The notes: generated by a model not told the origin, from the letters alone. Numbered from the stretch's first letter, positions 12,601-22,261 are shown. The stretch: 64,000 bases of DNA from Candidatus Nomurabacteria bacterium (GCA_963834935.1 CAWIDS010000003.1:121373-185372), one strand, 5' to 3'. Program-made: numbers and translations.

Positions 12601-13941
12601 TTAATTGGCATTCTTATTGCTAATAATAAGGTCAAATTGCTCTTCAGCCTTGGCTACTGCTTCGCCTGAAGTATTTTGGCCCGAAAGGACTGATTCGATC
12701 ATCTCCTGGAAGATCCCTTGCGATTGGCCAGGCGCCGGATCAAGCCAAGCATGCGAATACAAAGCGCTCGCATAAAGCGTCGAGCTGAAGCTGTCGGAAG
12801 GAGGATTCGAAAGGAGATCCCTTCTGACCGGCGGCATACCTGAGACAACTGCATATCTCTTCAGGAAATCCTGGCCTGTGAGGGTATTGATCACGCTGAG
12901 GTCTGCCTCCTGTTTTTTCGATGAAGAGAGGATGGATAAGCCGAGCATCTTGCCGTAAGTGACAGGAATCGCTACAGAGCTTGTAGTTGTCCCTGTGCGC
13001 GGCTCAGGAAAAGGAGCCATGCCGAAATTGAGATTAGGATTCTTTGCTTGGATATCCTTCGCTTCGCTTCCGTAGCCGATATACATGGCGAGATTATTCG
13101 CCACAAAATCATCCAAGGAAGAAGGCCGCGAGCGGTTCCATGTGTATTCCTTCTGGGCCGGATTGGCGAACTGAGTGTAGAAATCAATCGGGCTGGAGAC
13201 TTGTCCGAAAGAGACCATTATCGAGTCCTCTTTTTTTCCGGCGTCATATCTGACTGTCGAAATGGGAATGCCGGCTTGGAAGAAAAGCGCCGAAAGGATA
13301 TCCTTGGCATTGTCTACATTGCGATATTCGCCGAGAGCGATGGCGCTCGTCTGGATATTAAAATTAGAATCGGATTTGCCGAGAATAGGAACCAAGGAAA
13401 GGACCTGGTCCCAATGAGTGGGCGGCAGCGGCTGATTGGCTGCGGTGAAGATATCCCTGTTCCAATAAAGGACAAGCGGATCGACGGAAAAAGGCAAAGC
13501 GAGATAGCCGTCATTGACCCGGTACTGCTCCGCTTCTTGTATGAAATTCCCTTTGAAGGTGCTCTCGCTGTAATTCGCAAAAGGAATGGTTGTGATCTTA
13601 TCCTTCTCTGCAAAGACTTGCTCGAGAGGGAGAAGGACGATGTCCGGGCCATTGCCGCTCGCAAGCGCCTCAAGAAGATCCTGATCGAAAGTGATAGGAT
13701 CTTTTTCGACATAAGTAGCATTGATGACAGGAACAAGGCTGTTCGATGACGGCCCATTTATAGCCGAGATGACTCCATTAATCTGCTTGGCGTCGGCAGT
13801 TCCCCAAATGACGACATGTGCCGCCACGGTCTGCGCCTGATTCTTGTTCGAAGAGAAAAAAGAGAATACTACTACTCCCACCAATGTGCCGACGATGCAG
13901 ACGGCGAGGATGATCAATTGAAAAGGATTTGCTTTCGACAT
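12601..13941 (-). CDS. membrane-anchored ABC-transporter solute-binding protein (family 1, sugar-binding type)
   Basis: 446 aa. N-terminal TM anchor then an SBP fold (HVVIWGTADAK.., ..LASGNGPDIVLLPLEQVFAEKDKITTIP.., ..NNLAMYIGYGSEAKD..). No permease or ATPase gene is adjacent. Confidence 0.65.
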   Translation of the reverse strand: MSKANPFQLIILAVCIVGTLVGVVVFSFFSSNKNQAQTVAAHVVIWGTADAKQINGVISAINGPSSNSLVPVINATYVEKDPITFDQDLLEALASGNGPDIVLLPLEQVFAEKDKITTIPFANYSESTFKGNFIQEAEQYRVNDGYLALPFSVDPLVLYWNRDIFTAANQPLPPTHWDQVLSLVPILGKSDSNFNIQTSAIALGEYRNVDNAKDILSALFFQAGIPISTVRYDAGKKEDSIMVSFGQVSSPIDFYTQFANPAQKEYTWNRSRPSSLDDFVANNLAMYIGYGSEAKDIQAKNPNLNFGMAPFPEPRTGTTTSSVAIPVTYGKMLGLSILSSSKKQEADLSVINTLTGQDFLKRYAVVSGMPPVRRDLLSNPPSDSFSSTLYASALYSHAWLDPAPGQSQGIFQEMIESVLSGQNTSGEAVAKAEEQFDLIISNKNAN

Positions 13942-13971
13942 GATATGGGATTATTTTCCTTTATTATCTCA

Positions 13972-14529
13972 TTACATTTTCCGAAATACCAGCCCATAAT
14001 GGTGATCACCTGCGAAAAAATTCTTTTCCTTGACGAAGCCGACGAGGCTTGCGAGCTTTTCCACATGCTCTTCCGTGAAAAGATGATCTGCGCGCGGGCC
14101 GATGCCTTTCTCGCTCTCGCCATTGCGCGCCTTCCAATCGATCACTATCATCTTTCCGCCGTTCTTCAGGATGCGGTATGCATGAGAGAAAACGAACGAC
14201 TTGTCCTTGAGCAAAAAGACGGTGTTTGCGACAAGCACTCGGTCGATCTTTTCGGATGAGAGTATGCCTTCGGGCAATGCAAGGTCAGCCTTGATCACCC
14301 TTATGTGCCCCCATTCATTCTTTTTGGATTCGTTCGAGATTAAAGAAAGCAATTCTTCGTCATTATCAAAAGCATACACCCTTCCATACGGGCCGACGCG
14401 ATGCGCGAGAAGATAAGTGAAATGTCCGGCGCCTGATCCGAAATCGGCGACGTGCATCCCTTCGGCAACATTGAAATGTTCAAGCACTTTTTGAGGATCT
14501 AAGAAAACCATGTGGCAATTATACCACAA
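13972..14529 (-). CDS. class I SAM-dependent methyltransferase
   Basis: VADFGSGAGHFT (motif I) and a Rossmann-fold pattern. Confidence 0.7.
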   Translation of the reverse strand: MWYNCHMVFLDPQKVLEHFNVAEGMHVADFGSGAGHFTYLLAHRVGPYGRVYAFDNDEELLSLISNESKKNEWGHIRVIKADLALPEGILSSEKIDRVLVANTVFLLKDKSFVFSHAYRILKNGGKMIVIDWKARNGESEKGIGPRADHLFTEEHVEKLASLVGFVKEKNFFAGDHHYGLVFRKM

Positions 14530-14548
14530 GAATATTTTTTAATTGAGA

Positions 14549-17020
14549 TTACAGGCAGATGACCGAAGCGATACTATCGCCTTCGCGGAGCTTCATGATG
14601 CGCACGCCCTGCGTGTCCCGGCCGAGAGAAGGGATTTCCTTGAGGTCGCAGCGGATGACTTGGCTTTTTTTGGAGATGGCCACTGCTTCTTCGAAGGCAT
14701 CAGTGATGATGCGTGCGGAGATGAGGTCTCCGGTCTTCGCGGTGACCTTGACGGTCTTTATTCCAGAGCCGCCGCGGCCTTGGGTCTTGTATTCGCTGAG
14801 CGGCGTCTTCTTTCCATAGCCATTCTGCGAGACCACTAGAACTTCTCCGTTTTTGTCTGATTTTCGGACGGTATCCGCGCCGACCACCTTCACTCCCTTG
14901 TCGAGACGCATGACGCGTACGCCTCCGGCGCTTCGCCCCATTTCGCGCACATCGTCTTCCTGGAAGCGGATCGACTGGCCGTCTGAAGCCACCACCATTA
15001 TATCGTCTCCTTTTTCAACGAATGAAGCAGATACGAGCTCGTCTTTATCATCAAGCCTGATGGCAATGATTCCGCTTCGACGCACATCGAGAAAACTTTC
15101 AGCAGATACTCGCTTGCCTGTTCCTCCGGCAGTGACAAGGCATAGAGAAAGGTCGCTGCCTTTCTTGATTTCTTTCGGCATAGGAAGGATCGAGGTCACT
15201 TTCTCGTTCTGGCTGATCGATAGGAAGTTCATGATCGATTTTCCGCGGGTAGCCCTTTTACCTTCGGGAATCTCATAAGCTTTGATCTGATACGCCTTTC
15301 CTTTGTCGGTAAAGAAAAGAAGATCGCTATGCGTGCTGGTAGTGATGAAGTGAGTGATGAAGTCCTCTTCTTTGGTATTGAGGTCCATGACGCCGACGCC
15401 GCCGCGCTTCTGCTTGCGGTATTCATCCGGGTCGGTGCGCTTGATGTATCCGCCTGAGGTAAGGACGAGGACGGTTTCGACATCGGGAATGATGTCCTCG
15501 ACGGAAAAGTTCTTGGCATTGTGCTTGACGATCTTGGTGCGGCGCTCATCGCCGTATTTTTCCTTGATCTCCTTGAGCTCATCCTTGATGATACCTATCA
15601 CTTTCTTGGCGCTGGCAAGGATCGATTTCAATTCCTTGATGAGATCCTGCACTGAAGCGAGCTCGTCTTCTACTTTCTTTCGTTCGAGGTTGGCAAGGCG
15701 CTGAAGACGCATCTCGAGGATGGCAGTAGTCTGTCGGTCAGAGAACTTGAATTCCTTAATGAGATTCTTGCCCGCTTCCTCCACGTCTTTCGATGCGCGG
15801 ATGATCTTGATGATCTTGTCGATATGGTCGAGGGCGATCTTCAGGCCGAGAAGGATATGCTCTCGCTCTTCTGCCTTTTTCAAGTCGAACTCAGTGCGCC
15901 GCCGGATGACGGTCTTGCGGTGAGCGACAAATTCCTCAAGGAACGTCTTCAGCGGAATAGTCTGAGGCACGCCATCGACAAGGGCCACTGCATTGATGTG
16001 GAAGGTCTCTTCGAGGCGCGTATGCTTGTATAGAAAGTTCAGAAGCTGTTCGGGATAGGCGCCATTCTTCAGCTCGATGACGATGCGGATGTCGTTTGTC
16101 GATTCATCGCGAAGCTCTCGGATGCCCTCCACTTTTTTCTCGCGATGAAGGTCGGCAATCGAGGTGATCAGGTCAGCCTTGTTCACGCGATAAGGAATAG
16201 AAGTGATGATGATCGATGCCTTGCCCGCCTTGTCTTCGACAATCTCCGCTTCACCTCGCACGAGAATTCCTCCTTTGCCATTCGCATAGGCATGAGCAAT
16301 GTCCTTCGCACCGAAAGCGATGCCGCCAGTCGGAAAATCAGGACCTTTGATGAATTCAAGAAGGTCTTCAGTAGTGGCATCGGGATTATCCACAAGATGG
16401 GTAGTTGCATCGACAACCTCGCTCAGATTGTGAGGAGGGATATTCGAAGCCATGCCGACGGCGATGCCGAGCGTGCCGTTCAGGAGAAGATTGGGGACGG
16501 CGGTCGGAAGGACGACTGGCTCCCTCTTGGTGCCGTCGTAGTTCGGCCGATAGTCGACTGTGTCCTTCTCAATGTCACGAAGAAGCTCAGCGGACATGCG
16601 CGACATTTTTGCCTCGGTATAACGCATGGCCGCAGGACTGTCGCCATCGACGCTTCCGAAGTTTCCTTGTCCGAGCACGAGAGGGTATCTCATGGTAAAG
16701 GTCTGAGCCATGTTGACCATCGAGTCATAAATCGCGACGTCTCCATGCGGGTGATAATTTCCCATCACTTCTCCGACTACTGCTGATGATTTTCGATTTT
16801 TGCCGCCGGCAGTCAGGCCGATTTCGTGCATAGCGAAAAGGATGCGGCGATGCACTGGCTTCAATCCATCGCGGATATCGGGAAGCGCGCGATCTGTAAT
16901 GACCGACATGGCATAATCGATGAACGATTCGCGCATCTCGGTGGAGAAATTCCGCGAAACAACGCTCTGCCGCTCGGGAATAATAGCCTCTTCTGCCGGT
17001 TTTTTAGGTTTCTTATCCAT
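14549..17020 (-). CDS. gyrA: DNA gyrase subunit A
   Basis: 823 aa. ..[13 protein letters not shown].., YHPHGD, the active-site [10 protein letters not shown], and C-terminal beta-pinwheel repeats. Intact. Confidence 0.95.
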   Translation of the reverse strand: MDKKPKKPAEEAIIPERQSVVSRNFSTEMRESFIDYAMSVITDRALPDIRDGLKPVHRRILFAMHEIGLTAGGKNRKSSAVVGEVMGNYHPHGDVAIYDSMVNMAQTFTMRYPLVLGQGNFGSVDGDSPAAMRYTEAKMSRMSAELLRDIEKDTVDYRPNYDGTKREPVVLPTAVPNLLLNGTLGIAVGMASNIPPHNLSEVVDATTHLVDNPDATTEDLLEFIKGPDFPTGGIAFGAKDIAHAYANGKGGILVRGEAEIVEDKAGKASIIITSIPYRVNKADLITSIADLHREKKVEGIRELRDESTNDIRIVIELKNGAYPEQLLNFLYKHTRLEETFHINAVALVDGVPQTIPLKTFLEEFVAHRKTVIRRRTEFDLKKAEEREHILLGLKIALDHIDKIIKIIRASKDVEEAGKNLIKEFKFSDRQTTAILEMRLQRLANLERKKVEDELASVQDLIKELKSILASAKKVIGIIKDELKEIKEKYGDERRTKIVKHNAKNFSVEDIIPDVETVLVLTSGGYIKRTDPDEYRKQKRGGVGVMDLNTKEEDFITHFITTSTHSDLLFFTDKGKAYQIKAYEIPEGKRATRGKSIMNFLSISQNEKVTSILPMPKEIKKGSDLSLCLVTAGGTGKRVSAESFLDVRRSGIIAIRLDDKDELVSASFVEKGDDIMVVASDGQSIRFQEDDVREMGRSAGGVRVMRLDKGVKVVGADTVRKSDKNGEVLVVSQNGYGKKTPLSEYKTQGRGGSGIKTVKVTAKTGDLISARIITDAFEEAVAISKKSQVIRCDLKEIPSLGRDTQGVRIMKLREGDSIASVICL

Positions 17021-17042
17021 AAATTAGTCTGTCTATCTTATC

Positions 17043-17342
17043 TTAATTCGGCACATATTCCAAGGTGGCGGTGCTGCTTGCCTGCTGATCGCGATCGAAA
17101 TGAACCTTCGAGCCGGTGATTCCTTCATAGACATTGGCTACTCCCTGCTTAAATACTTGGAATGGGCTGTTCTCGGAATTGATCGTCGCTACCTGGACAT
17201 TTTGCAAAGAATCAGTATTGAAATATGAAAAGGAAGAATACCAGAAAAGAGCGATTATCACGGTGATGCCAGCGCTGACACCGACAGCGATGCGCTTTCG
17301 GTGATGAAGTGGTTTGGCTCGAAGATGTTCGATATATTTCAT
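17043..17342 (-). CDS. small membrane-anchored hypothetical protein (99 aa)
   Basis: Single N-terminal TM helix (IAVGVSAGITVIIALFW) and immediately upstream of gyrA on the same strand. Confidence 0.45.
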   Translation of the reverse strand: MKYIEHLRAKPLHHRKRIAVGVSAGITVIIALFWYSSFSYFNTDSLQNVQVATINSENSPFQVFKQGVANVYEGITGSKVHFDRDQQASSTATLEYVPN

Positions 17343-17347
17343 ATTTT

Positions 17348-17974
17348 TTATTTGGCGATTTTTAATACGACGATCTGGCCCTGCTTGCCTTCGATATCTT
17401 TCTTCTTGATAGTGAGCTTTTCAACCATATCTGCCGCCTGCTGGCTTCCCTCCTTGAGAAAAGTAGCGAGAGTCTTTTCGTTATAATGCATGGGAATGAT
17501 GAGCTTCGGCTCGAATGAGACAGCAAGCTGATAGGCTGAAGCTGGATCCAAGACACCTTCGCCTCCTACTGGCACGAAAAGAACATCTACTTCGCCGATC
17601 GCTTCCCTTGTCTCGGCATTCAGTGTCTTTGAGTTCTGGGCACCAAGGAAGCAGATCTTGATGCCATCAAGCGTGATCGTATATATTGTATTGATCTTTT
17701 CTTTTCCTCCATATGAAGTGACTCCCGGCAAGCCCCTGATGAACACCTCTTTTATCTCATACTCGCCAGGACCTTGGACGACGAAAGGCTTCTTCTCACC
17801 GTAAACCATCTCCTCTACTCCATTCATGTCTTCATGCCTGACGGATGAAAGGGCAATATCAGCGCCAAAGCGTGAGATTTTAATAGTGGAATCTTTTGAA
17901 GGAGGGTTCATTGCCAAAGCCAGATCCCCGACTTGCAGTTTGAAGAATTCGAGCCCTTGGTAGGTAATAATCAT
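17348..17974 (-). CDS. MBL-fold metallo-hydrolase (UlaG/YtkL-like)
   Basis: Likely start MIITYQGLEFFKLQ... Contains ..VDVLFVPVGGEG.. and ..IIPMHYN.., typical of beta-lactamase-fold hydrolases. Confidence 0.6.
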   Translation of the reverse strand: MIITYQGLEFFKLQVGDLALAMNPPSKDSTIKISRFGADIALSSVRHEDMNGVEEMVYGEKKPFVVQGPGEYEIKEVFIRGLPGVTSYGGKEKINTIYTITLDGIKICFLGAQNSKTLNAETREAIGEVDVLFVPVGGEGVLDPASAYQLAVSFEPKLIIPMHYNEKTLATFLKEGSQQAADMVEKLTIKKKDIEGKQGQIVVLKIAK

Positions 17975-18044
17975 GAAGGAATAATAGCACAGTGTATTTA
18001 CAAGTAAAAGAGAATATTTTAAACATCCTCCCAAGTGAGAATCA

Positions 18045-18077
18045 ATTATTTCTTAAAGAATTGGTTTATGGTATAAT
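18045..18077 (+). promoter_or_regulatory. extended -10 promoter (TGgTATAAT) preceding the 16S-like element
   Basis: atggTATAATtgc with TG two bases upstream of TATAAT; weak -35 (TTTCTT or TTAAAG). Confidence 0.4.
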
Positions 18078-18099
18078 TGCGCCAGGTGCCCCGCTGGAC

Positions 18100-18350
18100 A
18101 TTTAATGGGGAAGCGAACGCATGTGTAACTAGAATAGTCGAGAAGTGGGGGTGATTTGCCGAAAGGTAAAAACAAACCGCATGTGGCCCCTCTCTATATG
18201 AGAGGACGTTAAAGTCTGTTGTTCACGCAGCAGATGCTTCTTGATGGGCTCATGTCCCGTAGCCTGTTGGTGGAGGTAATGGCTCACCAAAGCTTCGACG
18301 GGTAGTCGATGGTTGAAAAATCATTGACCTTCAATCAGCCAAAAACACCT
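18100..18350 (+). ncRNA. 16S rRNA 5'-domain-like fragment (about E. coli positions 100-310), diverged, not part of a full rRNA operon
   Basis: Alignable by eye to 16S: GAAGCGAACGCATGTGTAAC ~ GGCGGACGGGTGAGTAAT; GTGGGGGTGATTTGCCGAAAGGTAAAAACAAACCGCAT ~ GGGGGATAACTACTGGAAACGGTAGCTAATACCGCAT; GATGGGCTCATGTCCCGTAGCCTGTTGGTGGAGGTAATGGCTCACCAAAGC ~ GATGGGATTAGCTAGTAGGTGGGGTAACGGCTCACCTAGGC. A terminator follows. Confidence 0.5.
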
Positions 18351-18351
18351 G

Positions 18352-18386
18352 CCGCGCAGCCTTCGGGCTGCGCGGTCCTTTTTTTA
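18352..18386 (+). terminator. rho-independent terminator (ccgcgcagccttcgggctgcgcgg plus T7)
   Basis: Perfect 10-bp GC stem with a UUCG loop, then ttttttt, closing the 16S-like transcript before the rpsA promoter (TTGCTT..TAAAAT at about 18404-18430). Confidence 0.65.
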
Positions 18387-18516
18387 TATTTCGCTTGCTT
18401 TCTTGCTTCTTGCGGCCTTTTGTGTAAAATCTACCTATTAATCAGTGCTTCTCGGTAACCCCGCCCTTGTCTCGATAGCTACGCAGGCGGAACCGTCTTG
18501 TACAACAAATATATAT

Positions 18517-19629
18517 ATGGTTACAACAGAAGAAAAGTTGGAAGAAAGTGCAGTAGTCGAGACAAAGAAATTGAGTTTGATGGATAAGTTTCTCTTGGAA
18601 AGCGTTACCCCTCCTGCAGAAGGAGACATCGTCGAAGGTCCGGTTATCGAGGCGCGAAAGGATCGCGTATTCGTCGATTTGCATCCCTATGGAACTGGTA
18701 TCATTTTCGGACGGGAATTCATCAATGCCCGCGACATCATACGGAAGGTCAACATCGGCGATAATATCGCAGCTAAGGTCATTTCCGTAGAAAACGACGA
18801 GGGTTACATCGAGCTTTCGCTCAAGGAAGCAAAGCAAGCGCTCATCTGGAGCGATGCCGAAGCAGCTATCCGCGACAAGACGACCTTCGACCTTGCAGTT
18901 GTCGAGGCAAACAAGGGAGGACTTATCCTCTCATGGCAAGGAATTCAGGGATTCCTTCCCGCTTCGCAGCTCAAGAACGATCACTACCCTCGCGTAGCGG
19001 ACGGCGACAAGGATCGCATTCTCGAAGAGCTCAGAAAATTAGTCGGAACCAAGATTCCAGTCATAATCATTTCCGCTCTTCCCAAGGAAGGAAAATTGAT
19101 CTTCTCAGAAAAAGATCCTGAATCGAAAGAAAAAGAAAAGATCGTCAGCAAATACGAAGTCGGAGAGGAATTGAACGGTGTTGTCACCGGTATCGTTGAT
19201 TTCGGAGTGTTCGTCAAAGTGGAAGAAGGCCTTGAAGGGCTTGTCCACATCTCTGAGATAGACTGGGCTCTCGTCGAGGATCCGAGAGCACTCTTCAAAG
19301 TCGGCGACAAGGTGAAAGTGAAGGTCATCGAGATCAAGGAAAACAAGATTTCCCTCTCAATCAAAGCCCTCAAGGAGAATCCTTGGAAAGGCGCCGAGAA
19401 GAAATACAAGAAAGATGACATCGTCGAAGGCGTCGTCATCAAGTTCAACCGCCATGGCGCGCTTGCTTCGATAGAAGAAGGTATCGCCGGACTCGTGCAC
19501 GTATCCGAATTTGGCAGCGAAGAAAAGCTCCGATCGACTCTCGAGCTCGGAAAGTCATACACCTTCAAGATCAGCCTCTTCGAGGCGAAGGATCAGAAGA
19601 TGACACTGTCGTTCGTCGAAAAGAAATAA
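18517..19629 (+). CDS. rpsA: 30S ribosomal protein S1 (four S1 domains)
   Basis: Repeated S1 domains (GDIVEGPVIEARKDRVFVDL.., ..GFLPASQLK.., ..GVVTGIVDFGVFVKV.., ..GVVIKFNRHGALASI..). Start chosen at MVTTEEKL; the ORF track starts at GTG 18445. Confidence 0.85.
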   Translation: MVTTEEKLEESAVVETKKLSLMDKFLLESVTPPAEGDIVEGPVIEARKDRVFVDLHPYGTGIIFGREFINARDIIRKVNIGDNIAAKVISVENDEGYIELSLKEAKQALIWSDAEAAIRDKTTFDLAVVEANKGGLILSWQGIQGFLPASQLKNDHYPRVADGDKDRILEELRKLVGTKIPVIIISALPKEGKLIFSEKDPESKEKEKIVSKYEVGEELNGVVTGIVDFGVFVKVEEGLEGLVHISEIDWALVEDPRALFKVGDKVKVKVIEIKENKISLSIKALKENPWKGAEKKYKKDDIVEGVVIKFNRHGALASIEEGIAGLVHVSEFGSEEKLRSTLELGKSYTFKISLFEAKDQKMTLSFVEKK

Positions 19630-19631
19630 GC

Positions 19632-19676
19632 AAAATAAAAAATAGCCGTAAGTGAGTGTATTACGGCTATTTTTTA
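19632..19676. terminator. bidirectional terminator hairpin (A-run, agccgtaa/ttacggct stem, T-run)
   Basis: Between convergent rpsA (+) and pth (-). Confidence 0.55.
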
Positions 19677-20267
19677 TTGGTTGAACTCGCTCATCGCTTT
19701 TTGCAAATCGTACTCGAAGACCACCTTGAGCGCTTCGTTTATCTTCTTGGCTTGCTTCTTCAGCGTATCAAGCTCCGGCTTCTTGAATTGGCCGAGGATG
19801 CATTTCTCCACGGCTTGCTCGCCTTGAGGCTTCTTGGCTTTTCCTTTGGGAGTGCTGGGAGAGATGCCGATGCGTATGCGGGCGAACTTCTCAGTCTTCA
19901 GCGCCTTGATGATTGATTCCAGTCCACGATGTCCTCCGCTTCCGCGGTTGAATGACATCTTCATTGTGCCGAGTGGCAAGTCGAGATCGTCGTAGATGAC
20001 GATGAGCTTTTCTGCTTTCTTTTCGCTCGCGATGAGAGGCTTCAGCGCATTTCCCGACCGGTTCATGAATGTCTCTGGCTCGACGAGAGTCATTTTCTCA
20101 TTCTCAATCTTTCCTTTTGAGACAAGCGCATTCAGTTTCTTGTCGAGCTTCCATTCCGAAAAATCATTCGCTTTCTTTATGTGCTCAAGAATGATCCTGC
20201 CGGTATTGTGCCGAGTAAACTGATATTCTTCTCCCGGATTTCCGAGACCCGCGATTATATATGGCAT
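19674..20267 (-). CDS. pth: peptidyl-tRNA hydrolase
   Basis: MPYIIAGLGNPGEEYQFTRHNTGR.. is the Pth signature. Confidence 0.9.
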   Translation of the reverse strand: MPYIIAGLGNPGEEYQFTRHNTGRIILEHIKKANDFSEWKLDKKLNALVSKGKIENEKMTLVEPETFMNRSGNALKPLIASEKKAEKLIVIYDDLDLPLGTMKMSFNRGSGGHRGLESIIKALKTEKFARIRIGISPSTPKGKAKKPQGEQAVEKCILGQFKKPELDTLKKQAKKINEALKVVFEYDLQKAMSEFNQ

Positions 20268-20368
20268 GGGGGAAGCATAACATACGCGCCGACGCTTGCG
20301 CCATTCATATACTCCATACTACAATACATCAATCTCCGCGGCGGAGTTAATTTTAATTCAAATAATTT

Positions 20369-21001
20369 ATGGAAGAAATACAGCCAGTAGAGAAAAAGCA
20401 GACAAAAGCATCCCTGGCGAAAGAAATTTTCAGCTTTGCGCTCATCGTCATCGTCATCATCCTCCCGATTCGCCTTTTCGTCGCGCAGCCTTTCATCGTC
20501 GTCGGCACTTCGATGGAACCCACCTTCCTCAACGGCCAGTATCTCATCGTGGACGAGCTGACTTACCATTTCAATCCTCCGCAGCGCGGCGACGTCATCG
20601 TCTTCAAATTCGACAGCAATCCCGCAAGCAGCCAGGATGCGCCAGCCAATCCGAGTGATCCTTCCAAATATTTCATCAAGCGCATCATCGGACTTCCCGG
20701 CGAGACAGTGGATATACAGAATGGCAAAGTAACCATCTTCAACAACAAAAATCCTGAAGGGTTCGTGCTCGATGAGCCATACATAAACAATCCGCCGACG
20801 AACACTATCCATGTGACCGTCCAGCCTGGCGATTACTTCGTCATGGGAGACAATCGCGCCGTCAGTTTCGATTCTCGCTCATGGGGATTGCTTAATGGAC
20901 AGAAGATAATCGGAAGAGTCTTTCTCCGCCTCTTGCCTCCTCAAAAGATAGGAATCCTTCCTGGAAACAGCGCAGGAGATTACAGCAATGAAAAAAAGTA
21001 A
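20369..21001 (+). CDS. lepB: signal peptidase I
   Basis: TM anchor, GTSMEPT (catalytic Ser) and GDNRAVSFDSRSWG (Lys box). Confidence 0.9.
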   Translation: MEEIQPVEKKQTKASLAKEIFSFALIVIVIILPIRLFVAQPFIVVGTSMEPTFLNGQYLIVDELTYHFNPPQRGDVIVFKFDSNPASSQDAPANPSDPSKYFIKRIIGLPGETVDIQNGKVTIFNNKNPEGFVLDEPYINNPPTNTIHVTVQPGDYFVMGDNRAVSFDSRSWGLLNGQKIIGRVFLRLLPPQKIGILPGNSAGDYSNEKK

Positions 21002-22187
21002 TATCAAGACAAGGCCTAAGAAAAAAGAGCTTTTCCCCTCATACATAAGGACCTCTTCCTTTTACGGCTTCTTGAGCGCCTCCGAGTACATAAAGGATTT
21101 CAATGTCAGCAAGAAAGATGTTGCCAAGACGAAATTGATTCCCTGCTCGCACAAGTCCGAAGGTTATCTTGAGGAAAAGATCGCATTGATGCGGCTCTTT
21201 TTGGAAAAGAAAATGAATGCCCTGCCTCAGCCGATCATGCTTTTCTACCGGAGTCCGTTCGGTTTCGAAGACAAGACCGTCTCCTACGCCCATCACGCTC
21301 CCACTTTCAACCTCGACATCATAGGAAATCCTAAAAGCATCGCTGATGCCATGATCATCGAGACTTCCTACGTCATTTCGCAGGAGGAATACAAGGATTG
21401 CGAGCTGACTGTGGAGATAAATACCGTCGGCGACAAGGATTCGCTGGCGCGCCTACGCCGAGAACTGACCATCTTCTACAAGAAGAACTGGCGCGAGGTT
21501 CCCGCTGACATCAAGCCTCTCTACAAAAAGGATATCTTCGAATCATTCCGCACTCATGACAAAAAATGCGCAGCGCTCCGCGAGCGCGGCCCTGATCCTC
21601 TCCGCTGCCTTTCCGAAAACAGCCGGAAGCATTTCAAGGAAGTGCTTGAGTATCTCGAAAGCCTCTGCATTCCCTATTCCATGAATCATGGCCTTACCGG
21701 CGACTTGGCATATGGCAGCGACACGGTTTTCGAGATCAAGGCTTTAAACAGGAAGACCAGCGAAGAAAAAGTGGTCGCCAACGGCCAGCGTTACAATGCC
21801 GTCGCCCGGAAATTCTGGGGAAAGAAGGATGTGCCTTCGATCGGCGCCAATATCAAGATCAAGAATCATCTCCTGGAATGCAAAAGTGACCTCAAGGAAA
21901 AGAAATACAAGCTTTACTTCATCCAGCTCGGCTTTGAAGCCAAGCTCAAGAGCATGCAAGTGCTCGAGATGCTTCGCAAATCGAAGATCGACGTCTACCA
22001 GTCGCTCTCGAAAGACAAGATGACTGCCCAGATCGGCTTGGCCGAAAAAATGCAGATTCCCTACATCATTATCATGGGCCAGAAGGAAGCCATGGAAAAC
22101 AGCGTCGTTGTTCGCAACATGAATACCCGCTCACAAGACACCGTCCCGCTTGAGGAACTGATCGGATATATAAGGAAGCTGAAGTAA
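20988..22187 (+). CDS. histidyl-tRNA synthetase-like class II aaRS protein (divergent; catalytic motifs degenerate)
   Basis: HisRS-like core (..DIIGNPKSIADAMIIETSYVISQ..CELTVEINTVGD..; ANGQRYNAV ~ GGRYD motif 3) and a HisRS-type anticodon-binding C-terminus (YIIIMGQKEAMENSVVVRNMNTRSQDTVPLEEL). The N-terminal region lacks the canonical RPEGTA and FRYERPQ motifs. Confidence 0.5.
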   Translation: MKKSNIKTRPKKKELFPSYIRTSSFYGFLSASEYIKDFNVSKKDVAKTKLIPCSHKSEGYLEEKIALMRLFLEKKMNALPQPIMLFYRSPFGFEDKTVSYAHHAPTFNLDIIGNPKSIADAMIIETSYVISQEEYKDCELTVEINTVGDKDSLARLRRELTIFYKKNWREVPADIKPLYKKDIFESFRTHDKKCAALRERGPDPLRCLSENSRKHFKEVLEYLESLCIPYSMNHGLTGDLAYGSDTVFEIKALNRKTSEEKVVANGQRYNAVARKFWGKKDVPSIGANIKIKNHLLECKSDLKEKKYKLYFIQLGFEAKLKSMQVLEMLRKSKIDVYQSLSKDKMTAQIGLAEKMQIPYIIIMGQKEAMENSVVVRNMNTRSQDTVPLEELIGYIRKLK

Positions 22188-22202
22188 GAATTAAAATCGG
22201 GC

Positions 22203-22232
22203 AATAAAAAAGCCGCGAGTAATACTCGCGGC
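22203..22232 (-). terminator. terminator hairpin gccgcgagtaatactcgcggc with T-run on the minus strand
   Basis: Downstream of the minus-strand pentapeptide-repeat gene. Confidence 0.55.
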
Positions 22233-22261
22233 GAAAGTCAGAATGACTTCATCAACTGATG

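Noticed and set aside
18442-19568. Minus-strand ORFs 18442-18837 and 18984-19568
   Set aside because: Antisense to rpsA (S1 domains clearly encoded on the plus strand).
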